33,120 nucleotides of DNA, taken from assembly GCA_030699515.1 (NCBI GenBank), contig JAUYME010000066.1, forward strand, positions 1 to 33,120. Direction: 5' to 3'. Every line of letters starts with the position of its first letter. Positions within the stretch are counted from its first letter, which is position 1. This DNA comes from a bacterium. Lineage in GTDB: Bacteria; Patescibacteriota; Minisyncoccia; UBA6257; 1-14-0-10-44-23. The notes under the pieces were generated by a model, which did not search any database, had not been told where the DNA came from, and was given only the letters and a program-made list of their open reading frames with translations. The translations under genes were made by a program, and so were the position numbers. Below are positions 6,829 through 15,621 of this stretch, one piece after another.

Positions 6829-8631
6829 ATGGCACTGAATAATATAAGAAATTTTTCAATCCTCGCCCACATTGACCATGGCAAGTCCACCTTAGCTGAC
6901 CGAATGTTGGAGGTGACTAAAACTGTAGAGGCTCGCAAGATGAAGGAGCAGATTTTGGATTCAATGGATTTGGAACGCGAGCGCGGAATTACAATAAAAA
7001 TGGCACCGGTACGGATGGAATACAACTATCAACGCGAATATATCCTCAACTTGATTGATACTCCCGGTCACAGTGATTTTAGTTACGAGGTAAGCCGGGC
7101 AATGCAGGCTGTAGAGGGCGCCATTCTTTTAGTGGATGCAACACAGGGGATTCAGGCACAAACTTTGGCCAACTTTGAAAATGCGAAGAAGGTGGGGCTG
7201 AAAATGATTGGGGTGGTTAACAAGGTAGATGTTGCGGCAGAAGCCCAGGTAGACAGCGCAATTTTAGATTTAGCAGAGCTTTTGGGAGTAGATACAGACG
7301 AAATAATTAAAGCCAGCGGAAAGACTGGTGAAGGGGTGAATGAAATTTTAAATAGGATTGTAGAGGTGGTACCTGCGCCAACTGAAAAAGAATACAAAAC
7401 AAAGGCAGCGCGAGCATTAATTTTTGATAGTGAATACGATGAGCATAGAGGGGTAATTGCTTTTGTGCGGGTATTTTCCGGCAGGTTTGATATTAATGGA
7501 AATTACAGCTTTGTTGCCACAGGGGCAAAATTTAAGGCAAAGGATATCGGATACCTGAAGCCAAAATTTACAACAAACGATGTAATTGAAAATGGGGAGA
7601 TTGGTTATATAGCGACCGGGATTAAGGATCCGGATGCTTTAAAAATTGGAGATACGGTTTCCAATTCAAGCAGTGGGGAGGGTTTGGCGCTTCCGGGCTA
7701 TCAAGATGTTATGCCGGTAGTGTTTGTGAGCTTTTATCCGGAAGATGCAAGTGATTATAACGATTTTGTGAAGGCGCTTTCTAAGCTTCGGCTTTCTGAC
7801 AGTGCGCTGGTTTTTGAGCCGGACAAAAGTGAAGTGTTGGGCAGGGGATTTAAGGGCGGATTTTTAGGCCGGCTTCACTTTGAGATTGTGAGCGAGCGAA
7901 TTGAGCGAGAATTTGACATTGAAACAATTTCATCTTTTCCATCTGTGGCTTATCGAGTAAAGCTTCGTAATACTGATGATTGGATGATTGTAAATAATCC
8001 TAAAGATTTTCCGGATGATTATAGCGAAGTAGAGGAGCCAATGGCTCAAATTGAAATTTTGACTAAGAGTGAATATTTGGGAGCAATTATGGGGCTCTCT
8101 GACTTGTATAGGATAAGTGCAATGCATACGGAAAATGTCGGTTCGGAACGGATTAGGGTTTCTGCAAAATTGCCGCTGGCTGATTTAATTTCTGATTTTG
8201 ACGATAGGTTAAAGAGTGTGAGTGCCGGATTTGCGTCTTTGAGCTATGAATTATCCGGCTATTCCCCGGGTGAACTTGGCAAAATGGAAATTCTTGTTGC
8301 AGAGGCGGTTGTACCCGGACTCACCAGAATTTTGCCTAAGGAAGATATTGAAAGAGAGGGAAGACGGACTGTAGAGAAACTGAAAGATCTTTTACCAAAA
8401 CTTCAATTTAAGCAGGCCATTCAAGCTAGATGCAAAGGAAGAATAATTGCGCGAGAAACTTTGCCTGCGCTAAAGAAAGATGTTACCGGCTACTTGTATG
8501 GCGGAGATATTACCCGTAAGCAAAAGCTTTGGAAGAAGCAAGCGAAAGGAAAGAAGAAGCTTTTGGAGCGCGGAGCCGGAAGCCAAGTGCATGTTCCTGC
8601 TAATGTGTTTAAGGAACTACTGAAGAAATAG
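6829..8631 (+). CDS. lepA: Elongation factor 4 (LepA)
   Basis: IRNFSILAHIDHGKSTL, DTPGH and NKVD GTPase motifs. LepA-specific C-terminal region. Confidence 0.95.
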   Translation: MALNNIRNFSILAHIDHGKSTLADRMLEVTKTVEARKMKEQILDSMDLERERGITIKMAPVRMEYNYQREYILNLIDTPGHSDFSYEVSRAMQAVEGAILLVDATQGIQAQTLANFENAKKVGLKMIGVVNKVDVAAEAQVDSAILDLAELLGVDTDEIIKASGKTGEGVNEILNRIVEVVPAPTEKEYKTKAARALIFDSEYDEHRGVIAFVRVFSGRFDINGNYSFVATGAKFKAKDIGYLKPKFTTNDVIENGEIGYIATGIKDPDALKIGDTVSNSSSGEGLALPGYQDVMPVVFVSFYPEDASDYNDFVKALSKLRLSDSALVFEPDKSEVLGRGFKGGFLGRLHFEIVSERIEREFDIETISSFPSVAYRVKLRNTDDWMIVNNPKDFPDDYSEVEEPMAQIEILTKSEYLGAIMGLSDLYRISAMHTENVGSERIRVSAKLPLADLISDFDDRLKSVSAGFASLSYELSGYSPGELGKMEILVAEAVVPGLTRILPKEDIEREGRRTVEKLKDLLPKLQFKQAIQARCKGRIIARETLPALKKDVTGYLYGGDITRKQKLWKKQAKGKKKLLERGAGSQVHVPANVFKELLKK

Positions 8632-8702
8632 GTTATAGGTAATAGTTTATAGGTTATAGAGAAAACAAGAAAGGATAGGGAATAGTAAGAAAAATAAAGC
8701 CA

Positions 8703-8875
8703 CCACAATCGCACTATGCCGCGGCACAGTGCGATTGTGGGGAGTGGTGTGGTGGGTGGTTAACAAGGTGGTTAACCGCTATAAAGGCTAGAAAGCCTCA
8801 TGAATACTGGGCTTTTGGGCTGTTTAAAAAAGAATTATATAATTTATTATGTAATAAATTATATAATTCTTTTTT
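8703..8875. repeat. Composite module A: hairpin 8703-8740, GGTGGTTAAC x2 (8755-8764, 8767-8776), aagcctcatgaata, A/T-only palindrome 8826-8875
   Basis: Homologous in order and sequence to 32120-32358. The hairpin stems differ by compensatory changes. Confidence 0.8.
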
Positions 8876-8951
8876 TTGGGAAGTCTTATTAAAAAGCGGA
8901 ACCGGCGGCCCTGGAGAGGGTCGCCGGCGCGCGGATGGAGGGTGGGGCTAG

Positions 8952-9188
8952 CTAGCAAACAGAGTGTCCCTTGTTGATCCACTCGTCGAGCTCTTGCTGT
9001 CGAGGGTCGAAGTGGCAGGTGCCTCCGACCTCGCGCCGACAGATAGGGCAGTTTTGCATGTGCTCTATCAGTCGCCGACCAGCAGGATCTGTCGTCTGCT
9101 CGATGGTCTTGGCCGATGGCAATCTGGGGAAGTAGAGGATTTCTCCTTCCGTCGGTCGCCGATCTTGGGGAGAAGGCTGGTCCACCAT
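8952..9188 (-). CDS. GC-rich mini-ORF (78 aa), CPIC...C.H motif, unknown function
   Basis: SD GGAGA lies 6 nt before the ATG. GC-rich third codon positions. A hairpin plus U-tract follows. The overlapping ORFs 8824..9201 and 8964..9347 look like off-frame translations. Confidence 0.55.
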   Translation of the reverse strand: MVDQPSPQDRRPTEGEILYFPRLPSAKTIEQTTDPAGRRLIEHMQNCPICRREVGGTCHFDPRQQELDEWINKGHSVC

Positions 9189-9778
9189 GGATGGTCTCCA
9201 TTATTCCAGAACCGTCTGGAGCCGTCTTTTCGGATGCGTGAAAAGAAAAACGCCCGCTCGGGAAGCGGGGCTTATCTAGATTCTACTTATAAACAAGGCT
9301 CGCCTCTCGATCAGGAGTTATTAATAATACTAATAATGTTTAATTGAGGAAGGCTCATGCGGTTGATGTTAGCAGATTTATTGATAGCGTTCAACTGCTT
9401 GATTTTTGCGTGAATGTGTGCTATAGTGTTTTTGTAATGAGTATAGATTTACTTTGCGGGATATCGACGAAGTAGATTTCATTCAATTTGTGGCAAAGAA
9501 GACCTTTCGGGGTCTTTTTTGTTTGTTTTGTATAGCCCCTCTCCCTCCATAAAACTTCTTTATTCAAGGCAAAGTTTCTCTACTATTTTCTTCATTAGAA
9601 ATGCTCGCCGATACACTCATTGGTATCGCCTGTGCTTTCCAATTTCGAAAATACTATGAAAATTGCCTTGCCTAAAATATTTCATGAAGGCAAAGGGGCT
9701 TTGCTAATAAATAACGAAGGAAGAGTGACAAAATTTCAGTTTGACAGCGTTTAATATAGAAGTGCTATAATTTCATAA

Positions 9779-9876
9779 CCTAGAGTGTTGTGAGGGCTGT
9801 CGCTAGCGTATACTCATTAAACACAAATTGTATTGGAGCTCATACGTGACGGCCCTCACAGAATTCTAGGTTTTTT
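9779..9876 (+). promoter_or_regulatory. Promoter-proximal long hairpin plus U6 (sRNA or attenuator) upstream of murB
   Basis: TTGACA 9741-9746 and TGcTATAAT 9763-9771. Then CCUAGA..UGUGAGGGCUGUC...GACGGCCCUCACA..UCUAGG UUUUUU, ending 15 nt before the murB ATG. Confidence 0.55.
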
Positions 9877-9891
9877 GTTACTCTATTTTAT

Positions 9892-10833
9892 ATGCTCGAA
9901 GAAAACGTTTATTTGTCAGATCATAGTAATTTTAAAATTGGCGGGCCGGCCAAGTTTTTTGCGCTGGTTAAAACAGAGGGTGAGGCGGTGCAGGCGGCGC
10001 GTGAGGCAAAAGAAAAGGGCCTGCCCATCTTTATTTTGGGCGGGGGAACAAATATTTTAATTCCGGACGAGGGGCTTGAGGCGGTAGTAATTAAGACCGG
10101 CTTTGGCGGGATTAGTTTGGAGGAAGGCAACAAGCTTAGGGTGGGTAGCGGAGTTTTAGTTTCTGATTTGCTTAATTTTTGTATTGAAAATGAGTTTTCC
10201 GGCTTTGAGTGGGCGGGCGGGCTGCCCGGTACTGTGGGTGGCGCGGTATTTGGCAACGCGGGGGCTTTTGGCGGTGAAATTAAGGACAACTTGCTCTCGG
10301 TAAAGGCCATTGATTTAGGCGCAGAAAAACCAAAGATGGAAACATACGATCATGGTCAATGCTGTTTTGAATATCGGAATAGCTTTTTTAAGAAAAACTC
10401 GCTTAATGGGAAGAGGATGATGATTCTTGAAGTTCTTTTTCAAATGCAAAAAGGGAATAGGGAGGAGATTAAGGAGCGGATTCAGGAAAAAATTGATTAT
10501 CGGGAAAGCAGGCAGCCTTTGGAATATCCAAATATTGGCAGTATTTTTAAAAACATTTCTTGGGATAGTTTATCTGGCGAGTTGCAGGAGAAATTTAAAG
10601 ATGTAAAAAAGACAGATCCATTTGATGTTTTGCCGACTGCGGCAGTTATTCACGATGCGGGGCTTAAGGAAATGAGAGTAGGGGGAGCGATGGTGAGCCC
10701 GAAGCATCCGAATTTTATTATCAACTTTGACCGAGCAACTGCCAAAGAGATTAACGAGCTGGCAAATAAGGTGAAGGAAAAAATTGAGGAAATGTATGGG
10801 ATAGAGCTGGAGCGAGAAGTAATATTTTTGTAG
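9892..10833 (+). CDS. murB: UDP-N-acetylenolpyruvoylglucosamine reductase
   Basis: FAD-binding NFKIGGPAKFF, GGGTNIL and the MurB C-terminal domain. Confidence 0.9.
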   Translation: MLEENVYLSDHSNFKIGGPAKFFALVKTEGEAVQAAREAKEKGLPIFILGGGTNILIPDEGLEAVVIKTGFGGISLEEGNKLRVGSGVLVSDLLNFCIENEFSGFEWAGGLPGTVGGAVFGNAGAFGGEIKDNLLSVKAIDLGAEKPKMETYDHGQCCFEYRNSFFKKNSLNGKRMMILEVLFQMQKGNREEIKERIQEKIDYRESRQPLEYPNIGSIFKNISWDSLSGELQEKFKDVKKTDPFDVLPTAAVIHDAGLKEMRVGGAMVSPKHPNFIINFDRATAKEINELANKVKEKIEEMYGIELEREVIFL

Positions 10834-10965
10834 CTTACGAACATAACGAACTAAGACAGCGAACTACGAACCGGGCAACAAAAGCAGTGCTGCAACGTTT
10901 ATGTTAGGACGGGCTTTTGCTATAATGCTAGTGAATCTAATTTATAAAAAATAAATCTTTACGGG

Positions 10966-11304
10966 ATGAAAATTCAAATCAAGGCTACGAATTTGGAGTT
11001 GACTCCTCCAATGAAAACTTATATTGAAGAAAAGATTGGCTCAATAGAGAAAGGGTTGAAGCGTTACGATGAGAATAATTCTCTAATTGCAGCGGTAGAG
11101 ATTGGTAGAACCAGCAACCACCATCATAAAGGTGATGTGTATTATGCTGAAGTTACACTTCCTTTGCCGGATAAAGTTTTAAGAGCAGAAGTGACAGATA
11201 ACGAAATTCATTTGGCCGTTAATAAGGCAAAGGGGATAATCAATAGAGAGCTTAGAAAATACAAGACTGCGCGTATATTTAAATTTAAGAGACGCAGAAA
11301 ATAG
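10966..11304 (+). CDS. hpf: Ribosome hibernation factor (RaiA/HPF, short form)
   Basis: MKIQIKATNLELTPPMKTYIEEK..., the typical S30AE-family N-terminus. Confidence 0.8.
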   Translation: MKIQIKATNLELTPPMKTYIEEKIGSIEKGLKRYDENNSLIAAVEIGRTSNHHHKGDVYYAEVTLPLPDKVLRAEVTDNEIHLAVNKAKGIINRELRKYKTARIFKFKRRRK

Positions 11305-11358
11305 AGGGATGCCCTTCCGATTGTAAGAAGGGCATCTTTTCTGTATTCTAGGAAAGTT

Positions 11359-13761
11359 ATGTTAAAGAACTTGTTTGCCAGCAAAACACCAAAGTTGGAC
11401 AAGCGTTTTAATCGTTTAGTAGAGCGAGTTAATGCTTTGGAAGAAGATATTAAAAAGCTTAGCGACAGCGAGCTTTCTTTAAAGACAGCTGAATTCAAGA
11501 AAGCGCTTGCAGAGGGAAAGAGCCTTGAAGAGCTAAAGCCGGAAGCTTTTGCCGTGGTCAGAGAAATGGCTTGGCGAAGTCTGCACCAGCGCCATTATGA
11601 TGTACAGCTAATTGGTGGTGCGGTGCTTCAGGAAGGAAGCATTGCGGAGATGAGAACCGGAGAAGGAAAAACCTTGATGTCTACTTTGGCAATTTATTTA
11701 AATGCGCTTGAGGAGAAGGGCGTTCACGTTGTAACGGTAAACGAATATTTGGCAAAACGTGACACGGTTTGGATGGGGCAAATTTATCATGCTCTTGGGT
11801 TGAAGGTAGCCTGCTTGGTTCATCAAGGTGCATTGCTTTACGATCCGGATTTCAAGCTTAGCGAAGAAGAAAGGAAAAAGCTGGATGAGGAAAGAGATGT
11901 AACCGGAAGCTTTGAGGTGCAAGAAGATTTTTTGCGCCCCATTTCAAGGCGCGAGGCCTACGAGGTAGACATTACTCATGGAACCAATCACGAATTTGGT
12001 TTTGATTATTTGAGAGACAATTTATCCACAAGGAAAGAGGCGAAAGTTCAGCGCGGACAGCATTTTGCCATTATTGACGAGGTGGACAGCATTTTAATTG
12101 ATGAGGCGCGCACTCCTTTAATTATTTCCGCGCCGGACGAAAAAAGCAGTGAATACTATAAAACTTTTGCAAAAATTGCAGCCCGTTTAAACAAAGGAGA
12201 GGATTATGAGGTGGACGAAAAGCTAAGAGCGGTTTCCATTTTGGAGCCGGGCATAGACAAGGTAGAAAAAGCTTTGGGAATTAAAGATTTGTACAGTGAT
12301 AAGAACTTGCGCCTTACCCACTATCTTCAGGAGTCACTAAAAGCTTACGGAGTTTTCCAAAACGACAAAGACTATGTTGTAAAAAACGGGGAAATTATTA
12401 TTGTGGATCAGTTTACCGGACGATTAATGCAGGGCCGGCGATATTCAGGAGGGCTACATCAGGCAATTGAGGCAAAGGAGGGGGTTTTGGTAAACGCGGA
12501 AAGCAGAACCTTGGCATCTGTTTCCATTCAGAATTACTTCAGGCTCTACCGCAAGCTTGCCGGAATGACGGGAACAGCAGAAACAAGCGCTGAAGAATTT
12601 CATAAGGTTTATGGCCTTGAAGTAATTGTTATTCCAACAAACCAGCCGGTGGTCAGAAAAGATATGCCGGATCTAATTTATAAAACAGAGCAGGGCAAGT
12701 ACAATGCCATTGTTGAAGACATAGGAAAGCGCACTGCAAAAGGCCAGCCGGTGCTTATTGGAACTGTTTCTATTGAGAAGAACGAAGAGCTTGGCCGAGC
12801 ATTAAGAACTGCTGGAATCAAACACGAGATTTTGAATGCCAAAAATAACGTTAGTGAAGGTGCAATTATTGCCCAAGCCGGAAGGAAATCTGCGGTTACT
12901 GTGGCAACCAACATGGCTGGTCGTGGTGTAGACATTGTTTTAGGGGGCTCTCCTTATAAAAAAGAAAAAGCCAGTGAGGTGATAGAGGCTGGAGGGCTTC
13001 ATGTTATCGGTACAGAGCGTCACGAAAGCCGGCGCATTGATAACCAGCTTAGAGGGCGAAGTGGTAGGCAGGGAGACCCGGGGTCTAGCCAATTCTTCCT
13101 TTCTTTGGACGATGATTTGATGCGTGTTTTTGGTGGCGAGCGAATTAGGAATATGATGGAGCGCTTTAAGCTTCCGGAAGATCAGCCAATTCAGGCCGGG
13201 GTTGTGACCAAGTCGCTTGAAAGTGCGCAAAAACGAGTAGAGGGAAACCACTTTGATGCCAGAAAGCATTTGCTTGATTACGATGATGTGATGAACAAGC
13301 AAAGGATGGCGCTTTACAGAAGGCGGGATGCATTTTTAGAGCAGGGAGTGCATCCTCAGATTCTTGGAACCTTGGATTTATTCTGGATGGAGCACCTTGA
13401 GCAGATGGAAGCTTTGCGCGATTCTGTGCGTCTTAGAGCGGTTGGACAGAAAGATCCGCTGGTTGAGTACCGACGTGAAGGCCAGCAAATGTTTGACGCG
13501 CTTCTACAAGACTTTGAAACTTGGTATGAGGAAAATAAGGAGCGGTTAGAAAAGCTTCAGAATGGTGAAGCGGAAGAGGCGACAGTTGTTGAAGAAGAGA
13601 AGATGCAATTTCAGCATCCTGATGTGCAGAACGTTGGTGCGAACGAACCCAAGCAGCCAATTAAGGGCGAAGAGAAGGTTGGCAGGAACGATCCATGCCC
13701 ATGCGGAGCGAAAAAGTCAGACGGAACGCCGGTTAAGTACAAACATTGTCATGGGAAGTAG
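11359..13761 (+). CDS. secA: Preprotein translocase ATPase SecA
   Basis: MRTGEGKTL and DEVDSILIDEARTPLIIS motifs. C-terminal zinc motif CPCG...HCHGK. Confidence 0.95.
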   Translation: MLKNLFASKTPKLDKRFNRLVERVNALEEDIKKLSDSELSLKTAEFKKALAEGKSLEELKPEAFAVVREMAWRSLHQRHYDVQLIGGAVLQEGSIAEMRTGEGKTLMSTLAIYLNALEEKGVHVVTVNEYLAKRDTVWMGQIYHALGLKVACLVHQGALLYDPDFKLSEEERKKLDEERDVTGSFEVQEDFLRPISRREAYEVDITHGTNHEFGFDYLRDNLSTRKEAKVQRGQHFAIIDEVDSILIDEARTPLIISAPDEKSSEYYKTFAKIAARLNKGEDYEVDEKLRAVSILEPGIDKVEKALGIKDLYSDKNLRLTHYLQESLKAYGVFQNDKDYVVKNGEIIIVDQFTGRLMQGRRYSGGLHQAIEAKEGVLVNAESRTLASVSIQNYFRLYRKLAGMTGTAETSAEEFHKVYGLEVIVIPTNQPVVRKDMPDLIYKTEQGKYNAIVEDIGKRTAKGQPVLIGTVSIEKNEELGRALRTAGIKHEILNAKNNVSEGAIIAQAGRKSAVTVATNMAGRGVDIVLGGSPYKKEKASEVIEAGGLHVIGTERHESRRIDNQLRGRSGRQGDPGSSQFFLSLDDDLMRVFGGERIRNMMERFKLPEDQPIQAGVVTKSLESAQKRVEGNHFDARKHLLDYDDVMNKQRMALYRRRDAFLEQGVHPQILGTLDLFWMEHLEQMEALRDSVRLRAVGQKDPLVEYRREGQQMFDALLQDFETWYEENKERLEKLQNGEAEEATVVEEEKMQFQHPDVQNVGANEPKQPIKGEEKVGRNDPCPCGAKKSDGTPVKYKHCHGK

Positions 13762-14164
13762 AAGAAAAAACGCAGCTTTTTTGCCTTATAGGTTTGTAGA
13801 TGGACACTTGTGTGTCTTTTTGCAAAGGAGAGACTTAGATGCAAAAAGGCACCCGGATTTGTTTGGCTTATTTGGAGGTGGAATAGAAGAGGGTGAGACC
13901 GTTGAGCAGGGGCTAATGCGTGAGGTAAAAGAAGAGTTGAATTATAGTCCTAAAGGTTGCAAGTATTTTACGCATTACGAATCCAGCGAGCACATAGAGG
14001 ACGTTTTTGTTTGTGAGGTGGATGAAAATTTTGAAAATGAAATTGAAATTATTGAAGGCCAGTACGGGAAATATTTTAAAAAAGAGGAAATTTTAGCGGA
14101 GAAGGAGATGATGGAAGGTGCGAGGGCTATTTTGTTAGAATTTTTTGAAAAGTATGGAAAATAG
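13751..14164 (+). CDS. NUDIX hydrolase
   Basis: Nudix box GGGIEEGETVEQGLMREVKEEL. Start ATG 13751 overlaps the secA end; the longer ORF-track start lies inside secA. Confidence 0.75.
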   Translation: MGSRRKNAAFLPYRFVDGHLCVFLQRRDLDAKRHPDLFGLFGGGIEEGETVEQGLMREVKEELNYSPKGCKYFTHYESSEHIEDVFVCEVDENFENEIEIIEGQYGKYFKKEEILAEKEMMEGARAILLEFFEKYGK

Positions 14165-14423
14165 AGAGAAAATAAAGAAAAAATTGACAGCGGATGGGTA
14201 CGCAACGATTTACGAGTATGACGACGGCCCGGGAGAAAAATTTTCAGAGCATAGCCATGAAGGTGAGCAGCTGATGTTTATCATGGCTGGAGAAATGAAA
14301 GTAGAGATGAACGGCAAAACTTACAGATTAAAGTTTGGGGACAGTTTGCTTTTTCCAGCAAATGCTTTGCACAGTGCAAAGATTGGTGCTCAAGGTTGTA
14401 GCTATATTGTTGGAGAAAAATGA
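14154..14423 (+). CDS. Cupin-domain protein
   Basis: HSHEGEQLMFIMAGE...ALHSA, the cupin two-motif pattern. Confidence 0.65.
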   Translation: MENREKIKKKLTADGYATIYEYDDGPGEKFSEHSHEGEQLMFIMAGEMKVEMNGKTYRLKFGDSLLFPANALHSAKIGAQGCSYIVGEK

Positions 14424-15049
14424 AGAAGCTGTATTGGTTTTTGGCCGGCACGATTTTAACTGTTATTTTTCTTTTGCCGATATTTTCTACTGAATATTTG
14501 CATAGGGCAGTTGAATTTATAAAACTCTATCCGGTTTTTGCTCCGATCATAATCATTTTACTGCGTTTCAGTACGGCTGTTTTAGCTCCATTGCCCGGAT
14601 TGCCAATTTCGTTTGCAAGTATAGCGGTCTTGCCGTGGTGGGAGGCTTGGGTCTATAACTTCATTGGGATGGAGCTCGGTCTTGTGGCTGCATTTTTTAT
14701 TGCTAGGAAGTTTCGTGAGCCTGCAGTGCGTCATTTTGCGCCATTAGAAAAGGTGCATGCTTGGCAAGAAAAAATTTCTCATAGAAAACAATTCTGGGGG
14801 TTTGCAGGGCTACGCTTTGGCACAATTTATGTGTGTGATTTTGTGAGCTATGCCGCTGGGCTTTCAAGGCTATCGTTTAGTTCATTTTTGATTATTACCT
14901 TGATGATTGACATACCTCTCTCGCTCATCTTTTTCTTTTTTGGTGGCATTGCACTTCGCTATGGTGTTTATATTTTTGTCGGCTTTATTTTGCTCTCTGT
15001 TTTAACGATGCTGGGTTGGAAGTATTTTAAAGGAAAAAAGTTAGAATAA
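14420..15049 (+). CDS. TVP38/TMEM64 (DedA-related) membrane protein
   Basis: Polytopic membrane protein with the ATGA start-stop overlap and PLPG..ISFASIAVLP-type pattern. Family assignment made by eye. Confidence 0.55.
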   Translation: MKKLYWFLAGTILTVIFLLPIFSTEYLHRAVEFIKLYPVFAPIIIILLRFSTAVLAPLPGLPISFASIAVLPWWEAWVYNFIGMELGLVAAFFIARKFREPAVRHFAPLEKVHAWQEKISHRKQFWGFAGLRFGTIYVCDFVSYAAGLSRLSFSSFLIITLMIDIPLSLIFFFFGGIALRYGVYIFVGFILLSVLTMLGWKYFKGKKLE

Positions 15050-15150
15050 TTTTCGAGAAGGTAGGGCTTGGCGAAGCGATTGAGGCAATGAAGAAAGTGC
15101 ACCCATACGAAGAGGTGGCTTTTGATGTTTATGAATTGAAGGATCTCTAG
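15031..15150 (+). pseudogene. Relic of a NIF3/YqfO-like gene C-terminus (about 39 codons, no start)
   Basis: Open frame ...GLGEAIEAMKKVHPYEEVAFDVYELKDL*. The HPYEEVA(Y/F)D..L tail is recalled from NIF3-family C-termini. Confidence 0.4.
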
Positions 15151-15157
15151 CTGACAA

Positions 15158-15201
15158 CACTGCATATACCGTAATTCCGCGGAATTACGGTATATGCAGT
15201 G
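15158..15201. promoter_or_regulatory. 44-nt perfect palindrome abutting an extended -10 box (TGgTATAAT 15200-15208)
   Basis: cactgcatataccgtaattccg|cggaattacggtatatgcagtg. Likely operator/promoter of the second ArsR gene. Confidence 0.7.
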
Positions 15202-15221
15202 GTATAATATTTATACTAGTT

Positions 15222-15509
15222 ATGGCAGAGGATAGGCAAAAGTATAGAAATGTTGAGCGAGTGATGAAGGGAGTGGCGAATCATCGGCGGGCTCAAATCC
15301 TTTATCTATTGAAAGAGGAGCCGGAGCTTTCGGTAGCTGAAATAACCAAAAAGTTAGGAGTAAATTTTCGAACGGTTTCTGATCATACGAAGAAGCTGGT
15401 TCATGCAGGTTTAGTAATGAAAAGATCGGATAGCGTGAGTGTTCGGCACAAACTTACAGATTTAGGACATAAGGTTTTTGAGTTTATCGTAACCTACATA
15501 AAAAACTAG
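15222..15509 (+). CDS. ArsR/SmtB-family winged-HTH regulator (paralog of 6417..6749)
   Basis: VANHRRAQILYLL...LSVAEITKKL...SDHTKKLVHAGLV aligns with the first ArsR protein. Confidence 0.75.
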   Translation: MAEDRQKYRNVERVMKGVANHRRAQILYLLKEEPELSVAEITKKLGVNFRTVSDHTKKLVHAGLVMKRSDSVSVRHKLTDLGHKVFEFIVTYIKN

Positions 15510-15513
15510 CTTC

Positions 15514-15547
15514 CATATACCGTAATTCTGCAGAATTACGGTATATG
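15514..15547. promoter_or_regulatory. 34-nt perfect palindrome, variant of 15158-15201 with a compensatory centre change (ccgcgg -> ctgcag)
   Basis: catataccgtaattctg|cagaattacggtatatg, 5 nt after the ArsR stop. Confidence 0.7.
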
Positions 15548-15621
15548 CAGAAGCCGGGAGGTGGAAAGGGTGTATAATAGAAGACCCTAGGTATTATTAT
15601 TAATCTTATTAGTCATTATTT

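Noticed and set aside
8755-8776. Integron attC or core sites suggested by GTTAAC within GGTGGTTAAC.
   Set aside because: The sequence does not fit GTTRRRY/RYYYAAC pairs in inverted arrangement. There is no intI gene and no cassette-array periodicity.
8604-9345. Duplication of the lepA 3' end on the far side of island A (ctaataatgtttaattgagg versus ctaatgtgtttaaggaac).
   Set aside because: The match is short, gapped and of low complexity. The translated far copy does not reproduce the LepA C-terminus, unlike the glmS, pilin and tRNA-Arg cases.
8824-9347. ORFs 8824..9201(-) and 8964..9347(+) as genes.
   Set aside because: They are Arg/Pro/Gly-rich translations typical of wrong frames in GC-rich DNA. 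They lack an SD, and they overlap the better-supported SD-led 78-aa ORF.
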